From positions 4,160,001 to 4,224,000 of the forward strand of contig NZ_JAQNDL010000001.1 of assembly GCF_028368995.1 (NCBI RefSeq): a stretch of 64,000 nucleotides of DNA, in the 5' to 3' direction. A program made the translations under genes and the position numbers. Below the pieces are notes generated by a model that had not been told where the DNA came from, searched no databases, and saw nothing but the letters and a program-made list of their open reading frames with translations. This DNA is from Nannocystis bainbridge (GTDB lineage Bacteria > Myxococcota_A > Polyangia > Nannocystales > Nannocystaceae). This document shows, one piece after another, positions 47,061-57,193 of the stretch. Position 1 is the stretch's first letter, and the number at the start of each line of letters is the position of its first letter.

Positions 47061-48317
47061 ATGGCCGAGCGCCCCCGCTTTTCCTCCCGCTATCTGGCGT
47101 ACGCGCTCGCGGTCGTGTTCTTCGCCAACTTCCTCAACTACGCCGACCGTCAGGTGGTGAGCGCGCTCGAGGTCGAGATCAAGAGCGCCTTCGCCATGAC
47201 CAAGGCGGAGTTCGGCATGCTGTGGTCGGCCTTCACGCTCGGCTACATGGTGTTCGCGCCGCTGATCGGCTACTGGGCCGGGCGCTACCGCCGGACCATG
47301 ATCTTCGCCGCGTGCGTGTTCATCTGGTCGCTGGCGACGATCGGCTCGGGCATGGCGACCGGCAAGACCGGGCTGTTCGTGTCGCGCTTCTTGATCGGCG
47401 TCGGCGAGGCCGGCTGCCTGGTCATCGGCCCGACGCTGGTCGCGGATTACTTCTCCGACCAGGTCCGCGGCCGCGCGCTGGCGCTGTTCTTCCTCGGCAT
47501 GCCGCTCGGCGGGACCGCCGGTTACCTGATCGGCGGGCTCGTCACCCACTACTCCGGCAGCTGGCAGAACGCGTTTTACGTGGCCGGCGCGCCCGGGCTG
47601 GTGGTCGCGGTCCTGATCGCGCTGCTGGCCGAGCCGCCCCGCCCCGGGTCCTCGGGGACAGGTCCCGAAGAACATGTCCAGGGGGCCAGGTCGTACCTGG
47701 CCCTGCTGCGCAACAAGACGCTGATGCTGATCATCCTCGCGCAGGCGTTCGCGGTGATGATCCTGGTGCCGGTCCTCCACTACAGCATCGAGTTCTTCCA
47801 GAAGGAGCGCGGCATGACCAAGGTCGAGGCCTCGCTGGCGCTCGGGGTGATCGGCCTGGTCGGCGGCCTCATCGGCTCGGGCCTGGCCGGCCTGCTCGGC
47901 GACCGCCTGGCCCGCCGCAGCCGCGGGGCCTACGCGCTGCTGGCCGGCATCGCCTACGCGCTGGCGCTGCCGGCCTTCTTCATCGGCTTCTCCGTGGAGA
48001 GCCGGGCGATCTTCCTGCCGGCCCTGGGCGTCGGCGCGACCTGCCTGTTCGTCTGCATGCCCGCGGTCAACACCCAGATCGCCAACGTCGTGCCCGGCGC
48101 GCAGCGAGCGATGGCCTACGCGCTGGCGGTGTTCATCCTCCACTTCCTCGGCGACATGGCGGCCCCGCCGCTGTTCGGCCAGGTCGCCGACGTGTACGGC
48201 GCGCAGCAGACGTTCCTCGTCACGTCGTCGACGCTGATCCTCGCGGCGGCGTGCTGCTTCCTCGCGGTGCGCACCGCCGAGAAGGACATCAAGAAGTTCG
48301 TCGAAGGCCAGCCGTAG
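47061..48317 (+). CDS. MFS transporter, spinster-like
   Basis: NFLNYADR, RFLIGVGEA, ADYF...RGRAL; about 12 TM segments. Confidence 0.9.
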   Translation: MAERPRFSSRYLAYALAVVFFANFLNYADRQVVSALEVEIKSAFAMTKAEFGMLWSAFTLGYMVFAPLIGYWAGRYRRTMIFAACVFIWSLATIGSGMATGKTGLFVSRFLIGVGEAGCLVIGPTLVADYFSDQVRGRALALFFLGMPLGGTAGYLIGGLVTHYSGSWQNAFYVAGAPGLVVAVLIALLAEPPRPGSSGTGPEEHVQGARSYLALLRNKTLMLIILAQAFAVMILVPVLHYSIEFFQKERGMTKVEASLALGVIGLVGGLIGSGLAGLLGDRLARRSRGAYALLAGIAYALALPAFFIGFSVESRAIFLPALGVGATCLFVCMPAVNTQIANVVPGAQRAMAYALAVFILHFLGDMAAPPLFGQVADVYGAQQTFLVTSSTLILAAACCFLAVRTAEKDIKKFVEGQP

Positions 48318-48545
48318 CGCGGGCCGCGGAGACTTCGCTGCCCACAAGGACATGTCCATATGTCCTTGTGGGCCTCGGGCCGGGCGTGGGCGCTGGACTG
48401 GCTCCTGCGCCCGCACGGGCCCCCGCAGTGTCCGTCCCTCGGCTATCTACTTCGCGCGGTCTGCTGCGCGTCTCTCGAGGCTAGCGACCACGCGTGGCCG
48501 CGACAAGGTGTCGCCGGACCTCACGTGGCCTTTGCGACAGCCGAC

Positions 48546-49898
48546 CTATCCGTCGTAGCTCTCGTCACCGATGGTGGCTTTGAGCGCACCCGTCGCGGCG
48601 TCGTACACCTCGACGGAGCTCATGCGCACCAGGAAGACATGGTTCGCCGTGGCCTCGATGCCGCGCAACCAGTCGACCGCGAAGATGCTGCGGAGCTTGT
48701 TGTCCCACAGGCGATCGCCGGTTTTGGCGTCGAAGCCGACGAGGTGCCAGTGTTCGGAGCCCTCGCCGTAGGTGGCGAAGTAGCGGCCCCCGGCCATGAT
48801 GTCCTGCTCGTTGTCGCGCTCGCGCACCGAGGCGAGGTCGACCGCGGGCACGGGGCTCTTCCAGCGGACGGCGCGGTTGGCCGGGTCGAAGCCGAACGCC
48901 ATCGGGTAGGCGGTGCCCGGCGACTTGACGCCGCGCGCGACCCCGAGGTCGTCGCCCAGGTGCACGCCGGAGACCTCGATGCCCTCGACCTTGGGCGCGC
49001 GACGCAGCCGCTCGCTGGTCGTCAGCGCCGGGTCGCCGCCGCGCGGGCTCCACCCGCCCTGCTTGTCGCACGAGCCCGGCAGCTTCTCGTCCTTGAGGGC
49101 CGGCGTGGCCGGGTCGACCAGGAACTGGCGGCGGTCGACCAGCGCGAGGTAGAGCCGCGGCTTCTCACCTGTCTTTTCGGCCAGGCAGAAACGATCGGCG
49201 CGATCGGTCAGCGCGATGTCCTGCACCGGCTTGCCGTCGGCGAGCTCGTACACCTTGAGCTTGCCGCGGAAGTCGGTCATGAGCAGCCGCTCGTCGACGA
49301 CGCTGAAGAAGGTCGCGCGGTAGGCCTCGCCGTAGCTGCCGAACGGGCCGACGCGGTAGCGCAGGGCCCCGGTCTCGGCCGCGAACACGCCGACGTGGAG
49401 TTGGTCGTCGGGGCGCACGCGCAGGCGGCCGATCACGTGCTCCTTGCCGTCGATGGGCACGACGATCGCCCGGCCGCCGACCTCGTCCCACATGAAGTCG
49501 GCCGTGTTGCGCATCGGGTCGGCCTTGACCGGCGGACCGCCGACCGTCGGCGCCTCGGCGGGCGCGCTCGGGGTGCCCGGCACGAGCGCCTGCAGATACG
49601 GGGTCGAGGTCGCGGGCGCCATCATCAGGTACCCGGCGGCGCCGCCGATCGCCACCATCGTCGCCACGCCGGTGACCAGCGCGCCCACGACCTTGGGCTG
49701 CGCGCCGGCGTGGACGTTGTGCGGCCGCACGGCCTGGATGTTGGGCAGCGCGCCGGCCTGGGCGTTGTGCGGCTGCACGACGGTGGCGCGCGGCAGCTGG
49801 AAGGAGGCGCCGCAGTACTGGCAGCGAGCGCTGCGCTTGCTGTCGTCGGGCTGCAGCTTGGCGCCGCAGTTGGGGCAGTCGAGGCTGATGACGGCCAT
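48546..49898 (-). CDS. Zinc-ribbon + TM + PQQ-type beta-propeller protein
   Basis: CPNCGA...CQYCG; TM helix; blade motifs AETGALRY, DAKTGDRLW, DAATG. Confidence 0.7.
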   Translation of the reverse strand: MAVISLDCPNCGAKLQPDDSKRSARCQYCGASFQLPRATVVQPHNAQAGALPNIQAVRPHNVHAGAQPKVVGALVTGVATMVAIGGAAGYLMMAPATSTPYLQALVPGTPSAPAEAPTVGGPPVKADPMRNTADFMWDEVGGRAIVVPIDGKEHVIGRLRVRPDDQLHVGVFAAETGALRYRVGPFGSYGEAYRATFFSVVDERLLMTDFRGKLKVYELADGKPVQDIALTDRADRFCLAEKTGEKPRLYLALVDRRQFLVDPATPALKDEKLPGSCDKQGGWSPRGGDPALTTSERLRRAPKVEGIEVSGVHLGDDLGVARGVKSPGTAYPMAFGFDPANRAVRWKSPVPAVDLASVRERDNEQDIMAGGRYFATYGEGSEHWHLVGFDAKTGDRLWDNKLRSIFAVDWLRGIEATANHVFLVRMSSVEVYDAATGALKATIGDESYDG

Positions 49899-49912
49899 GC
49901 GCAGGGACGGTA

Positions 49913-52603
49913 CTACGACTCGCCGCGCGGGGGCGCACTCGAGGCCGTTCCGCCGTCGCCCAGGGCCTCGTGGATCCGCTGCGCCAGCGCTGCGCCGACA
50001 CCTTTCACCTCGGTGAGGCGCGCCGGCGCCGCGGCGCGGATCTCCGCGACCGTGCCGAAGTGCTGGATCAGCGCCTTCTTCAGCGAAGGGCCGACGCCCG
50101 GGATGTCGTCGAGCGCGCTGTGCAGCGCTCGTTTGCCGCGGCGCTTGCGGTGGTGCGTGATGGCGAAGCGGTGGGCCTCGTCGCGGATCTGCGTCATCAA
50201 GTACAGCTCGGAGCTGCCGGGGCGCAGGCGGATCGCGTCCTTGGCTCCGGGTACGAACACGCGTTCCGGTTTGACCTCCCACTCCTCGGGCTCGTCGTCG
50301 GGCGTGCGCACCACGTAGTCCTGGTAGCTCTGGCCTGGCCGCTGCGACGCGTCGTCGTCGGGCTCCGCCGGCGCGGGCGCGTCCTCGGCCTTGAGCGAGC
50401 TCTCGGCGTCGATCCCGGCCGTGGCGTCGGCGTAGGTCTTGAACGTGCGCAGCCGCTGCAGCGCCGCCTTGCCGCGCCCGAGGCCCTGGCGCCGCTCCTT
50501 GGCCAGCGAGACGACGTCGACCCCGCCCTCGCCGATCGGGACCCCGAGGTCGTTCAGCGCCGCGATCACCCGCCCGAGCTGGCCCTTGCCGCCGTCGATC
50601 ACCAGCAGGTCGGGCAGCGCCCAGGTGTTCTCGACGACCTCGTCGGCCGCGCCGATCGCGACCTCGGCCTCGGCCTCGGTCGAATCATCTGTCTCTTCGG
50701 ACATGTCCTCGCCGACATTCGCGCGCTTGAGCCGGCGGCCGAGCACCTCGTACATGCTGCGGAAGTCGTCGTTCTGGCGGTCGCCCTGGGCCAGGCCGCC
50801 CAGGCCCCGGATCTTGAAGCTGCGGTAGCGCCGCTTGGCGGCCGCGCCGTCGACGAACACCACCATCGAGGCGACCGTGTCCTGGCCCTGGATGTGGCTG
50901 ATGTCGTAGCACTCGATCACCCGCGGCAGGCGCGACAGGCCGAGGCGCTGCTGCAGGGTGCGCAGGGCCTGCTCGCTGTCCTCGGCGCGGTTGCGGCGCG
51001 AGTTGAAGTTGGAGGCGGCGTTGCGCTGGGCCAGGATCGAGAGCTTCTTGCGGTCGCCGCGCTCGGGCACCAGCAGCGCGACCTTGCGGCCGCTGTGCTC
51101 GCGCAGCCACGACTTGAGCGGCGCCTCGTCGTCGTCGAGCAGCTCGGACGGCAGGAGCACCTCGTCGGGGATCGTCGGCGCGTCGTCGTAGTAGGCGACG
51201 AGGAAGCTGCCGAGCACGTCTGGGTCGGGCAGCTCCATGCCGCGGGCCGAGAACGTGCGCGTACCCATCAGCTTGCCCTGGCGCACGTGCATGACCACGA
51301 ACTCGACCTGGCCGCCCTCGCGGTACATGCCGACGACGTCCTGGTCGAGCGTGACCGAGCCGACCACCTGCTGCCGCTCGAGGCTGGTGCTGATCGCCGA
51401 GAGCTGGTCGCGCAGGCGGGCCGCCGTCTCGAACTCGAGCGCGCCGGCGGCGTCCTCCATCTGCGTGGTGAGGCCGGCGACCAGCTCCTTGTGGCGGCCC
51501 TCGAGGAACAGGCCGACGCCCTTGACCTGCTGGCCGTAGGCGTCGCGGTCGACCGGATAGACGCACGGCGCCGGGCAGCGGCCGATCTGGTGCTGCAGGC
51601 ACGGGCGCTTGCGGTGCGTCAGGGTGTAGTCGGTGCAGGTGCGCAGCTTGAAGTAGCGGTTGACGACCTTCAGCGTGTGGCGGGCGCTCTGGGCCGAGTG
51701 ATACGGGCCGAAGTAGCGGGCGCCGTCCTGACGCATGCGCCGGACCAGCTCGAGCCGCGGCCATTTGGCCTTGGGGTCGAGGCGCAGGACCAGGAACTGC
51801 TTGTCGTCGCGCAGCTTGACGTTGAAGCGCGGCTTGTACTTCTTGATGAGATTATTCTCGAGCAGCAGCGCCTCCTTGTCGTTGGAGGTCACCACCGTCT
51901 CGATGTCGCCGAGCGTGTGCGCCAGGTACGGCACGAACAGCCGCGGGTCGGTGCCGTTGAAGTACTGGCGCACGCGCGCGCGCAGCCGCTTGGCCTTGCC
52001 GACGTAGACCACGTCGCCCTTGCGGTCGCGCATGATGTAGACGCCGGGCAGGTCGGGCAGGCGCTCGACGATCTCCGCCAGCTCCTCGGCCGTGCCGGCG
52101 CGCGGCTGCCACACCGCGTCGGCCTGGATCGCCGCCAGCGCCTCGGTCTTGGCCGAACCGGCGAACCGGCCCGGCGCGTCGAGGTCGGCGGCGCCGCCGT
52201 CGGCGACCTCGAAGCTCTCGAGCACGTCCTCGGTCTCCGGCGCGTACGCCTCGGTCGAGGGCGGCTTCGGGGCGTCGTCCGGATATGGCTTTTGGGACAT
52301 GCCCTCGGGGACATGTCCTGAAGCGCCGGCCGCCGATGCCTTGCGGCCGCCCCGGGACGGCCTCGCGGGCGCCGGCTGGGAGGCGCTCGCGGGCGCCGGC
52401 TGGGGGGCGCTCGCGGGCGCCGGCCCGGAGGCGCTCGCGGGCGCCGGCCCGGCGCTCGCGGGCTCCGCGGCGTCTTCGACATGTGTCCCCGGGGACATGC
52501 CCTCAGGGGCATGTCCCGAAGGACTGGTCACAGCGGAGGCGGCGGGCGGCGCAGCGGGCGGGGCTTCGGGGCTATTCGGGGGTCGTCCTTGACGCGCGGC
52601 CAT
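49913..52603 (-). CDS. uvrC: Excinuclease ABC subunit C with low-complexity N-terminal extension
   Basis: LPDLPGVY..YVGKAK (GIY-YIG), YFGPY, IECYDISH, IDGGKGQ, IRDEAHRFA, HhH. Confidence 0.95.
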   Translation of the reverse strand: MAARQGRPPNSPEAPPAAPPAASAVTSPSGHAPEGMSPGTHVEDAAEPASAGPAPASASGPAPASAPQPAPASASQPAPARPSRGGRKASAAGASGHVPEGMSQKPYPDDAPKPPSTEAYAPETEDVLESFEVADGGAADLDAPGRFAGSAKTEALAAIQADAVWQPRAGTAEELAEIVERLPDLPGVYIMRDRKGDVVYVGKAKRLRARVRQYFNGTDPRLFVPYLAHTLGDIETVVTSNDKEALLLENNLIKKYKPRFNVKLRDDKQFLVLRLDPKAKWPRLELVRRMRQDGARYFGPYHSAQSARHTLKVVNRYFKLRTCTDYTLTHRKRPCLQHQIGRCPAPCVYPVDRDAYGQQVKGVGLFLEGRHKELVAGLTTQMEDAAGALEFETAARLRDQLSAISTSLERQQVVGSVTLDQDVVGMYREGGQVEFVVMHVRQGKLMGTRTFSARGMELPDPDVLGSFLVAYYDDAPTIPDEVLLPSELLDDDEAPLKSWLREHSGRKVALLVPERGDRKKLSILAQRNAASNFNSRRNRAEDSEQALRTLQQRLGLSRLPRVIECYDISHIQGQDTVASMVVFVDGAAAKRRYRSFKIRGLGGLAQGDRQNDDFRSMYEVLGRRLKRANVGEDMSEETDDSTEAEAEVAIGAADEVVENTWALPDLLVIDGGKGQLGRVIAALNDLGVPIGEGGVDVVSLAKERRQGLGRGKAALQRLRTFKTYADATAGIDAESSLKAEDAPAPAEPDDDASQRPGQSYQDYVVRTPDDEPEEWEVKPERVFVPGAKDAIRLRPGSSELYLMTQIRDEAHRFAITHHRKRRGKRALHSALDDIPGVGPSLKKALIQHFGTVAEIRAAAPARLTEVKGVGAALAQRIHEALGDGGTASSAPPRGES
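52287..52525. repeat. Two 14-mer arrays flanking 21-bp PAPASAS-coding repeats in the uvrC N-terminal extension
   Basis: TGCCCTCGGGGACA TGTCCTGAAG...; TGTCCCCGGGGACA TGCCCTCAGGGGCA TGTCCCGAAGGACT; CTCGCGGGCGCCGGC x4. Confidence 0.8.
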
Positions 52604-52611
52604 GGGCCATC

Positions 52612-53700
52612 TCAGCCGAAGAGGTGCGAGAACAGGTCGTTGCGGATCGTGACCCAGAGGATGAGGCCGAGCAGGGCCAGCATGCCGATGCCGTGCACGG
52701 TCTCCTCGATGCGCGGGGTGACGCGCCGGCGGGTCACGGCCTCCCACAGCAGGAACACGAAGCGGCCGCCGTCGAGGGCCGGCAGCGGGAGCAGGTTGAA
52801 CAGGCCGAGCAGGGTGCTCATCTTGATGGCGATCTCGAGGAAGGCCTCGACGCCGCGCTCGGCCGACTTGGCGATTTCGCGGACGATGCCGACGGGGCCG
52901 CTCATCTTGCCCTCGATGCGGCCGGTGACCCACTTGCCGAGCGCGTCGAGCTGGAAGGCGCTGAACTTGATCGGGAACAGGACGGCGGTCTTGGCGGCGA
53001 CGCCGACCGGGTGAGTCTCGCGGGTGACCTCGCCGGGCGACATCTGGATGCCGATCTTGCCCTCGGCGGTCAGCGGCAACTGCAGCGCGACCTCCTGGCC
53101 GTCGCGGCGCACGACCGTCTCGACGGTCTCGCCCTTGTGCGCGGCGGTGGTGGCGAGGATCTTGTCCTGGGTGCCGCGGCCGGTGATGTCGTCGCCGGCG
53201 ATCTTGACCAGCTCGTCGCCGGCCAGGAGGCCCGCGGTCTGGGCCGCCGGCTCGATCACGTTGTCGACCCGCATCGACAGCGGGACCTCGTTGCCGACCA
53301 TCGTCAACGCGACGAAGCCGAGCACCATCGCGGTGAGATAGTTGGCGAGCGGGCCGCCGAGGATGGCGAGCATGCGGGCCCAGATCGGGCGATTGCGATA
53401 GAGCGTGGGATCGTTGGGGTCGTGCTCGGGGACCTCGCCGGGGCGCCCGCCCTCGGCCACCGCGATCGAGGGGGCGTCGTCCGCCTCCATGCCGACGATG
53501 TGGACATAAGCGCCGAACGGGATGGCGCTGAGGACGAACTCGGTGCCGCGCCACACGCCCAGCCGCGCGACCACCGGACCGATGCCGAACACGCTGAAGC
53601 GGTCGACCTTCATGCCGGTCGCGACGGCGCAGATGTAGTGCCCGAACTCGTGAACGATGATTAAAAGCGAGAGCGCGACGATCGCGAGGAGGGTGGCCAC
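52612..53700 (-). CDS. rseP: Site-2 M50 intramembrane metalloprotease
   Basis: HEFGH, PDZ-like domain, NLLPLPALDGG. Confidence 0.92.
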   Translation of the reverse strand: MATLLAIVALSLLIIVHEFGHYICAVATGMKVDRFSVFGIGPVVARLGVWRGTEFVLSAIPFGAYVHIVGMEADDAPSIAVAEGGRPGEVPEHDPNDPTLYRNRPIWARMLAILGGPLANYLTAMVLGFVALTMVGNEVPLSMRVDNVIEPAAQTAGLLAGDELVKIAGDDITGRGTQDKILATTAAHKGETVETVVRRDGQEVALQLPLTAEGKIGIQMSPGEVTRETHPVGVAAKTAVLFPIKFSAFQLDALGKWVTGRIEGKMSGPVGIVREIAKSAERGVEAFLEIAIKMSTLLGLFNLLPLPALDGGRFVFLLWEAVTRRRVTPRIEETVHGIGMLALLGLILWVTIRNDLFSHLFG

Positions 53701-53725
53701 CGCGGGACTATAGCAGCGGGCGAGC

Positions 53726-54313
53726 TCAGGTCCCGAGCGGGCGGTCGAGCTGGCTCAAACCGACCCAGCCGAGGCGCTTGCGCACGAACAGCGCGGCGCG
53801 TTCGGCGACGCCGCGGTCGGGCGCGGGGCTCCACGCCGCCCGCTGGCCGCGAGCTGCCAGCTCGTGTTCGACGGCCTGCTGGGCCGAAACGAGCCCGCCG
53901 GCCAGGTTGCCGAGCACCTGCGCGCCGAGCCGGGCCTCGACCGCGAGGATCTCCCCCGGCACGAGCGCGGCTCGCTTGCCGCTCTCGAGCTGATTCAAAC
54001 CCCAGGTCATGAGCTGGGGGTCGACGACGCGGTCGACCAGCAACCACCGCTCGCCGCGGGCCGCCCGCGCCGCCTCGATCACGGCCATGCCCTGACGCAC
54101 GTCCTGGAGGATCCGCAGCTCGGGCTGGCGCGCGTGCAGGACGCTGAGCAGGCTGAGCGTGTTGTCGACGGAGGTCTGGTCGACCGCCAACACCTCGAAC
54201 GGCTTGGCCTTGGCCCCGAGGCCCCGCACGGCCTCCACCGAACGCCGCACCATCTGGGTCACGGCCGGTTCACGGTTCCGCAGCAAGAGGATGACGCTGA
54301 GCGACAATTGCAT
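53726..54313 (-). CDS. Short GT2-like glycosyltransferase-fold protein
   Basis: LSVILLLRN.E, EVLAVDQTSVDNT, ARAARGE..LLVD; degenerate. Confidence 0.6.
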   Translation of the reverse strand: MQLSLSVILLLRNREPAVTQMVRRSVEAVRGLGAKAKPFEVLAVDQTSVDNTLSLLSVLHARQPELRILQDVRQGMAVIEAARAARGERWLLVDRVVDPQLMTWGLNQLESGKRAALVPGEILAVEARLGAQVLGNLAGGLVSAQQAVEHELAARGQRAAWSPAPDRGVAERAALFVRKRLGWVGLSQLDRPLGT

Positions 54314-54738
54314 GGCGGCGTGCGTGGGGGAGTACTCCCTCACTATGCCCGGTAATAGTAGCGAACGCCGCTCATCGTCAACTAATCACCGTCTGACGGC
54401 CGGAGCGCCCGAGGACGGCTGAGGGAATTCCGCATCTCCACTCGAAGGCTCGGGCCGTCCTCCGAGCCAAGTGACGGCCCGCGCCGCGACGATCTCGGCG
54501 GCCTCGACCGTGGCAAGGCACCGTGCGCAAGCTCAAGCGCTCGGCGGCCCTTCGCAGCCACGCCCTGAGGGACCGCGCACAGAGCGACTCGGGGGCCCGA
54601 TTATTTTCGCCGGGCCTGCAAAGCAGCAGCCGCTGCGAGCGACCTCCCCGCGGGGGCAGTTTCGCGTATCATCCGCGCGCCGCTCGTGAATGCCCCTCAC
54701 GGGCTCGCGCGACCACAAAGAAGAACCAGAGCATTCTC

Positions 54739-55392
54739 ATGGCTGGCGTCAATAAAGCCATCGTCCTCGGCCGCCTCGGCCGCGACCCGGAGCTTCGGTA
54801 CATGCAGAACGGGCAGCCGGTCTGCAAGCTCAACGTCGCTACTTCGCGCAAGTACCAGAACAAGAACAACGAGATGGTCGAGGAGACCGAGTGGCACCGG
54901 ATCACGGTGTGGGGCAAGCAGGCCGAGCACTGCAACAACTTCCTCACCAAGGGCCGCGAGGTCTACGTCGAAGGCCGCCTGCGCACCTCCTCGTACGAGA
55001 AAGAGGGCCAGAAGCACTACACGACCGAGATCGTGGCCGACACGGTGCAGTTCATCGGCGGCCGCGGTGAAGGCGGCGGCGGTGGTGCCGAAGGCGGCGG
55101 CGCCGGGGGTGGTAGCGGCTACAGTGGCGGCGGCGGCGGTGGGAGCCGCGGCGGCGGCGGCGGTGGCGGCTACAACCGCGGCGGCGCTGGTGGCGGTGCC
55201 GCTGGCGGCAGTCGCGGCGGCGGCGGTGGTGGCTACAACCGCGGCGGTGGCGGTGGTGGCGGCTTCGGCGGTGGCGGCGGCGGCTTCGAAGACGACGGCA
55301 GCGGCGGCGGTGGTGCTGGTGGCGGCGGCAGCGAGCCGTACGACAACAACTACATGCCGTCCGACCCGGGCGACGACGACATCCCGTTCTGA
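54739..55392 (+). CDS. ssb: Single-stranded DNA-binding protein
   Basis: GVNKAIVLGRLGRDPE, TEWHR, YVEGRLRT, Gly-rich tail, DDDIPF. Confidence 0.97.
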   Translation: MAGVNKAIVLGRLGRDPELRYMQNGQPVCKLNVATSRKYQNKNNEMVEETEWHRITVWGKQAEHCNNFLTKGREVYVEGRLRTSSYEKEGQKHYTTEIVADTVQFIGGRGEGGGGGAEGGGAGGGSGYSGGGGGGSRGGGGGGGYNRGGAGGGAAGGSRGGGGGGYNRGGGGGGGFGGGGGGFEDDGSGGGGAGGGGSEPYDNNYMPSDPGDDDIPF

Positions 55393-55563
55393 GGCCCGCA
55401 CCCGGGTCTCGTAGGTCCGAGGGCCTGGCGTGAGGGACATGTCCCACGCGCCAGGGCCTTTGGGACATGTCTAGAAAGACCGCTGGCTTCGGGCGCCGTG
55501 CGTGAGCTGGCGCGCAGTCGCGCCAGGCTCGATGATCGGACCTGCCCCGCGGGACAGCCGAGC

Positions 55564-56427
55564 TCAGGGCAGCACGGTCAGGCGGCGCGGGCCCGGCTTG
55601 GCCGGCTGGGGCAGGTCGGGCACGGCGACCTCGTCGGGCTCGCCGCGCGCGTGCAGGCGCGCGTCGAGCAGGTGCGACGGCGCCACGTTCTTGAGCGCGC
55701 TCAGCATCACCGAGCGGACGTCGGGGTTGTCTTGCTCGAGCTGGGTGATGAGCGCCGACATCTTGTCGCGGCGGAGGTTGTCCTGCGAGCCGCACAGGTT
55801 GCACGGCAAGATCGGGTAGCCGGCCGCAGCTGCGTGGGCGGCGATGTCGGCCTCGGCGCACTCGACGAGCGGGCGGATCACGCGGAAGCGGCCGTCGTCG
55901 GTGGTGTAGCCGGCGGGCATCGCCTGCAGGCGGCCGGCGTAGAACAGGTTGAGCAGCAGCGTCTCGAGGCTGTCGTCGCGGTGGTGGCCGAGGGCGATCT
56001 TGTTGCAGCCGAGCCGCTCCGCCGCGGTGTAGAGGATCCCCCGCCGCAGCCGCGAGCACATCGAGCAGAACGCCTTGCCCGCGGGCGTGTGGGCCACCAC
56101 CGGCGTGTACGTGTCCTCGCGCAAGATCTCGAAGGGCGCCCCGAAGCGCTCGAGCCAGCGGCGCAGCGGCGCCCCGTCGTAGCCGGGCTGGACCTGGTCG
56201 AGGTGCACCGCCACCACGTCGAAGCGGAACGGCGCCCGCGCCCGCGCCTCCCACAGCAGGTCGAGCAGCGTATAGCTGTCCTTGCCGCCGGACACCGCCA
56301 CCATCACGCGGTCGCCGGCGCCGATCAGGTCGTAGCTGGCGATCGTCTTGACCATCGCGCGCGCGAGCGTGCGCCGCTGCGGGGAGCGGCCGCCCGGGGC
56401 GAGGAAGTTGTCGTTCGAGTCGGTCAC
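55564..56427 (-). CDS. ttcA: tRNA 2-thiocytidine(32) synthetase
   Basis: SGGKDS, CSMCSRLRRG, GHHRDD, IRPL, PCNLCGSQ. Confidence 0.95.
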   Translation of the reverse strand: MTDSNDNFLAPGGRSPQRRTLARAMVKTIASYDLIGAGDRVMVAVSGGKDSYTLLDLLWEARARAPFRFDVVAVHLDQVQPGYDGAPLRRWLERFGAPFEILREDTYTPVVAHTPAGKAFCSMCSRLRRGILYTAAERLGCNKIALGHHRDDSLETLLLNLFYAGRLQAMPAGYTTDDGRFRVIRPLVECAEADIAAHAAAAGYPILPCNLCGSQDNLRRDKMSALITQLEQDNPDVRSVMLSALKNVAPSHLLDARLHARGEPDEVAVPDLPQPAKPGPRRLTVLP

Positions 56428-56849
56428 GAGCCGATGATGGTGAGGGTGAGGCGGCGCCGGTGACCGGCGTGGCGGTGCTCCCAGAGATAGATGCCCTGCC
56501 AGGTGCCGAGCGCGCAGCGGCCGGCCTGCACGGGGATCGACAGCGAGGTCTGGGTCAGCGCGCTGCGGACGTGGGCCGGCATGTCGTCGGGGCCCTCGGC
56601 GTCGTGGCGGAACAGCGGGTCGCCGTCGGGCGCGAGGCGGTGGAACAGGCGCTCGAGGTCGCGGTGGACCTCGGGGTCGGCGTTCTCGGTGATCAGCAGC
56701 GAGGCGCTGGTGTGGTGGATGAACACGGTGACGAGGCCGTGGCGCAGCTTGCTGTCGCGCACGAACGCCTGCACCTCGGCGGTGACGTCGACGAGGCCGC
56801 GGCCGCGAGTGGCGACCTCGAGCTCGTGGGACTCGAGCGACAGCGTCAT
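56424..56849 (-). CDS. yjbQ: YjbQ/UPF0047 family protein
   Basis: HTSASL.ITENADP, EGPDDMPAH, LGTWQGIYL.EHR. Confidence 0.92.
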   Translation of the reverse strand: MTLSLESHELEVATRGRGLVDVTAEVQAFVRDSKLRHGLVTVFIHHTSASLLITENADPEVHRDLERLFHRLAPDGDPLFRHDAEGPDDMPAHVRSALTQTSLSIPVQAGRCALGTWQGIYLWEHRHAGHRRRLTLTIIGS

Positions 56850-57106
56850 TTCTGGTGGTTCGCCTTCCACTCGGCGTAGGTCATGCCGTAGACGATCTCG
56901 CGCGCCTCGTCCTGGGTCAGCGGGATGCTCCGCTCCGCTGCGGCCTCCTGGTACCAGCGCGACAGGCAGTTGCGGCAGAACCCCGCCAGGTTCATCAGGT
57001 CGAGGTTCTGCACGTCGGTCCGCTCGCGCAGGTGCGCCACCAGGCTGCGGAACGCGGCCGCCTCGAGTTGCTCGGTCTGCTCCGGGGTCAAGCGCTCGCT
57101 CGTCAT
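56846..57106 (-). CDS. DUF1244 family protein
   Basis: EAAAFR.LV.HL..RTDVQNLDLMNLAGFCRNCLS. Confidence 0.88.
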   Translation of the reverse strand: MTSERLTPEQTEQLEAAAFRSLVAHLRERTDVQNLDLMNLAGFCRNCLSRWYQEAAAERSIPLTQDEAREIVYGMTYAEWKANHQK

Positions 57107-57110
57107 GACA

Positions 57111-57166
57111 TGTCCTCTCGTACAGGGTTCTTCGTGCATGTCCTGGCGGCCATGTCGTAAAGAACA
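57111..57166. repeat. 14-bp-period tandem array x4
   Basis: TGTCCTCTCGTACA GGGTTCTTCGTGCA TGTCCTGGCGGCCA TGTCGTAAAGAACA. Confidence 0.7.
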
Positions 57167-57193
57167 CAGCGCAACGGCCAGGCGCGCAGGGGC

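Noticed and set aside
55071-55332. GGC-rich repeat tract
   Set aside because: Ordinary Gly-rich SSB linker.
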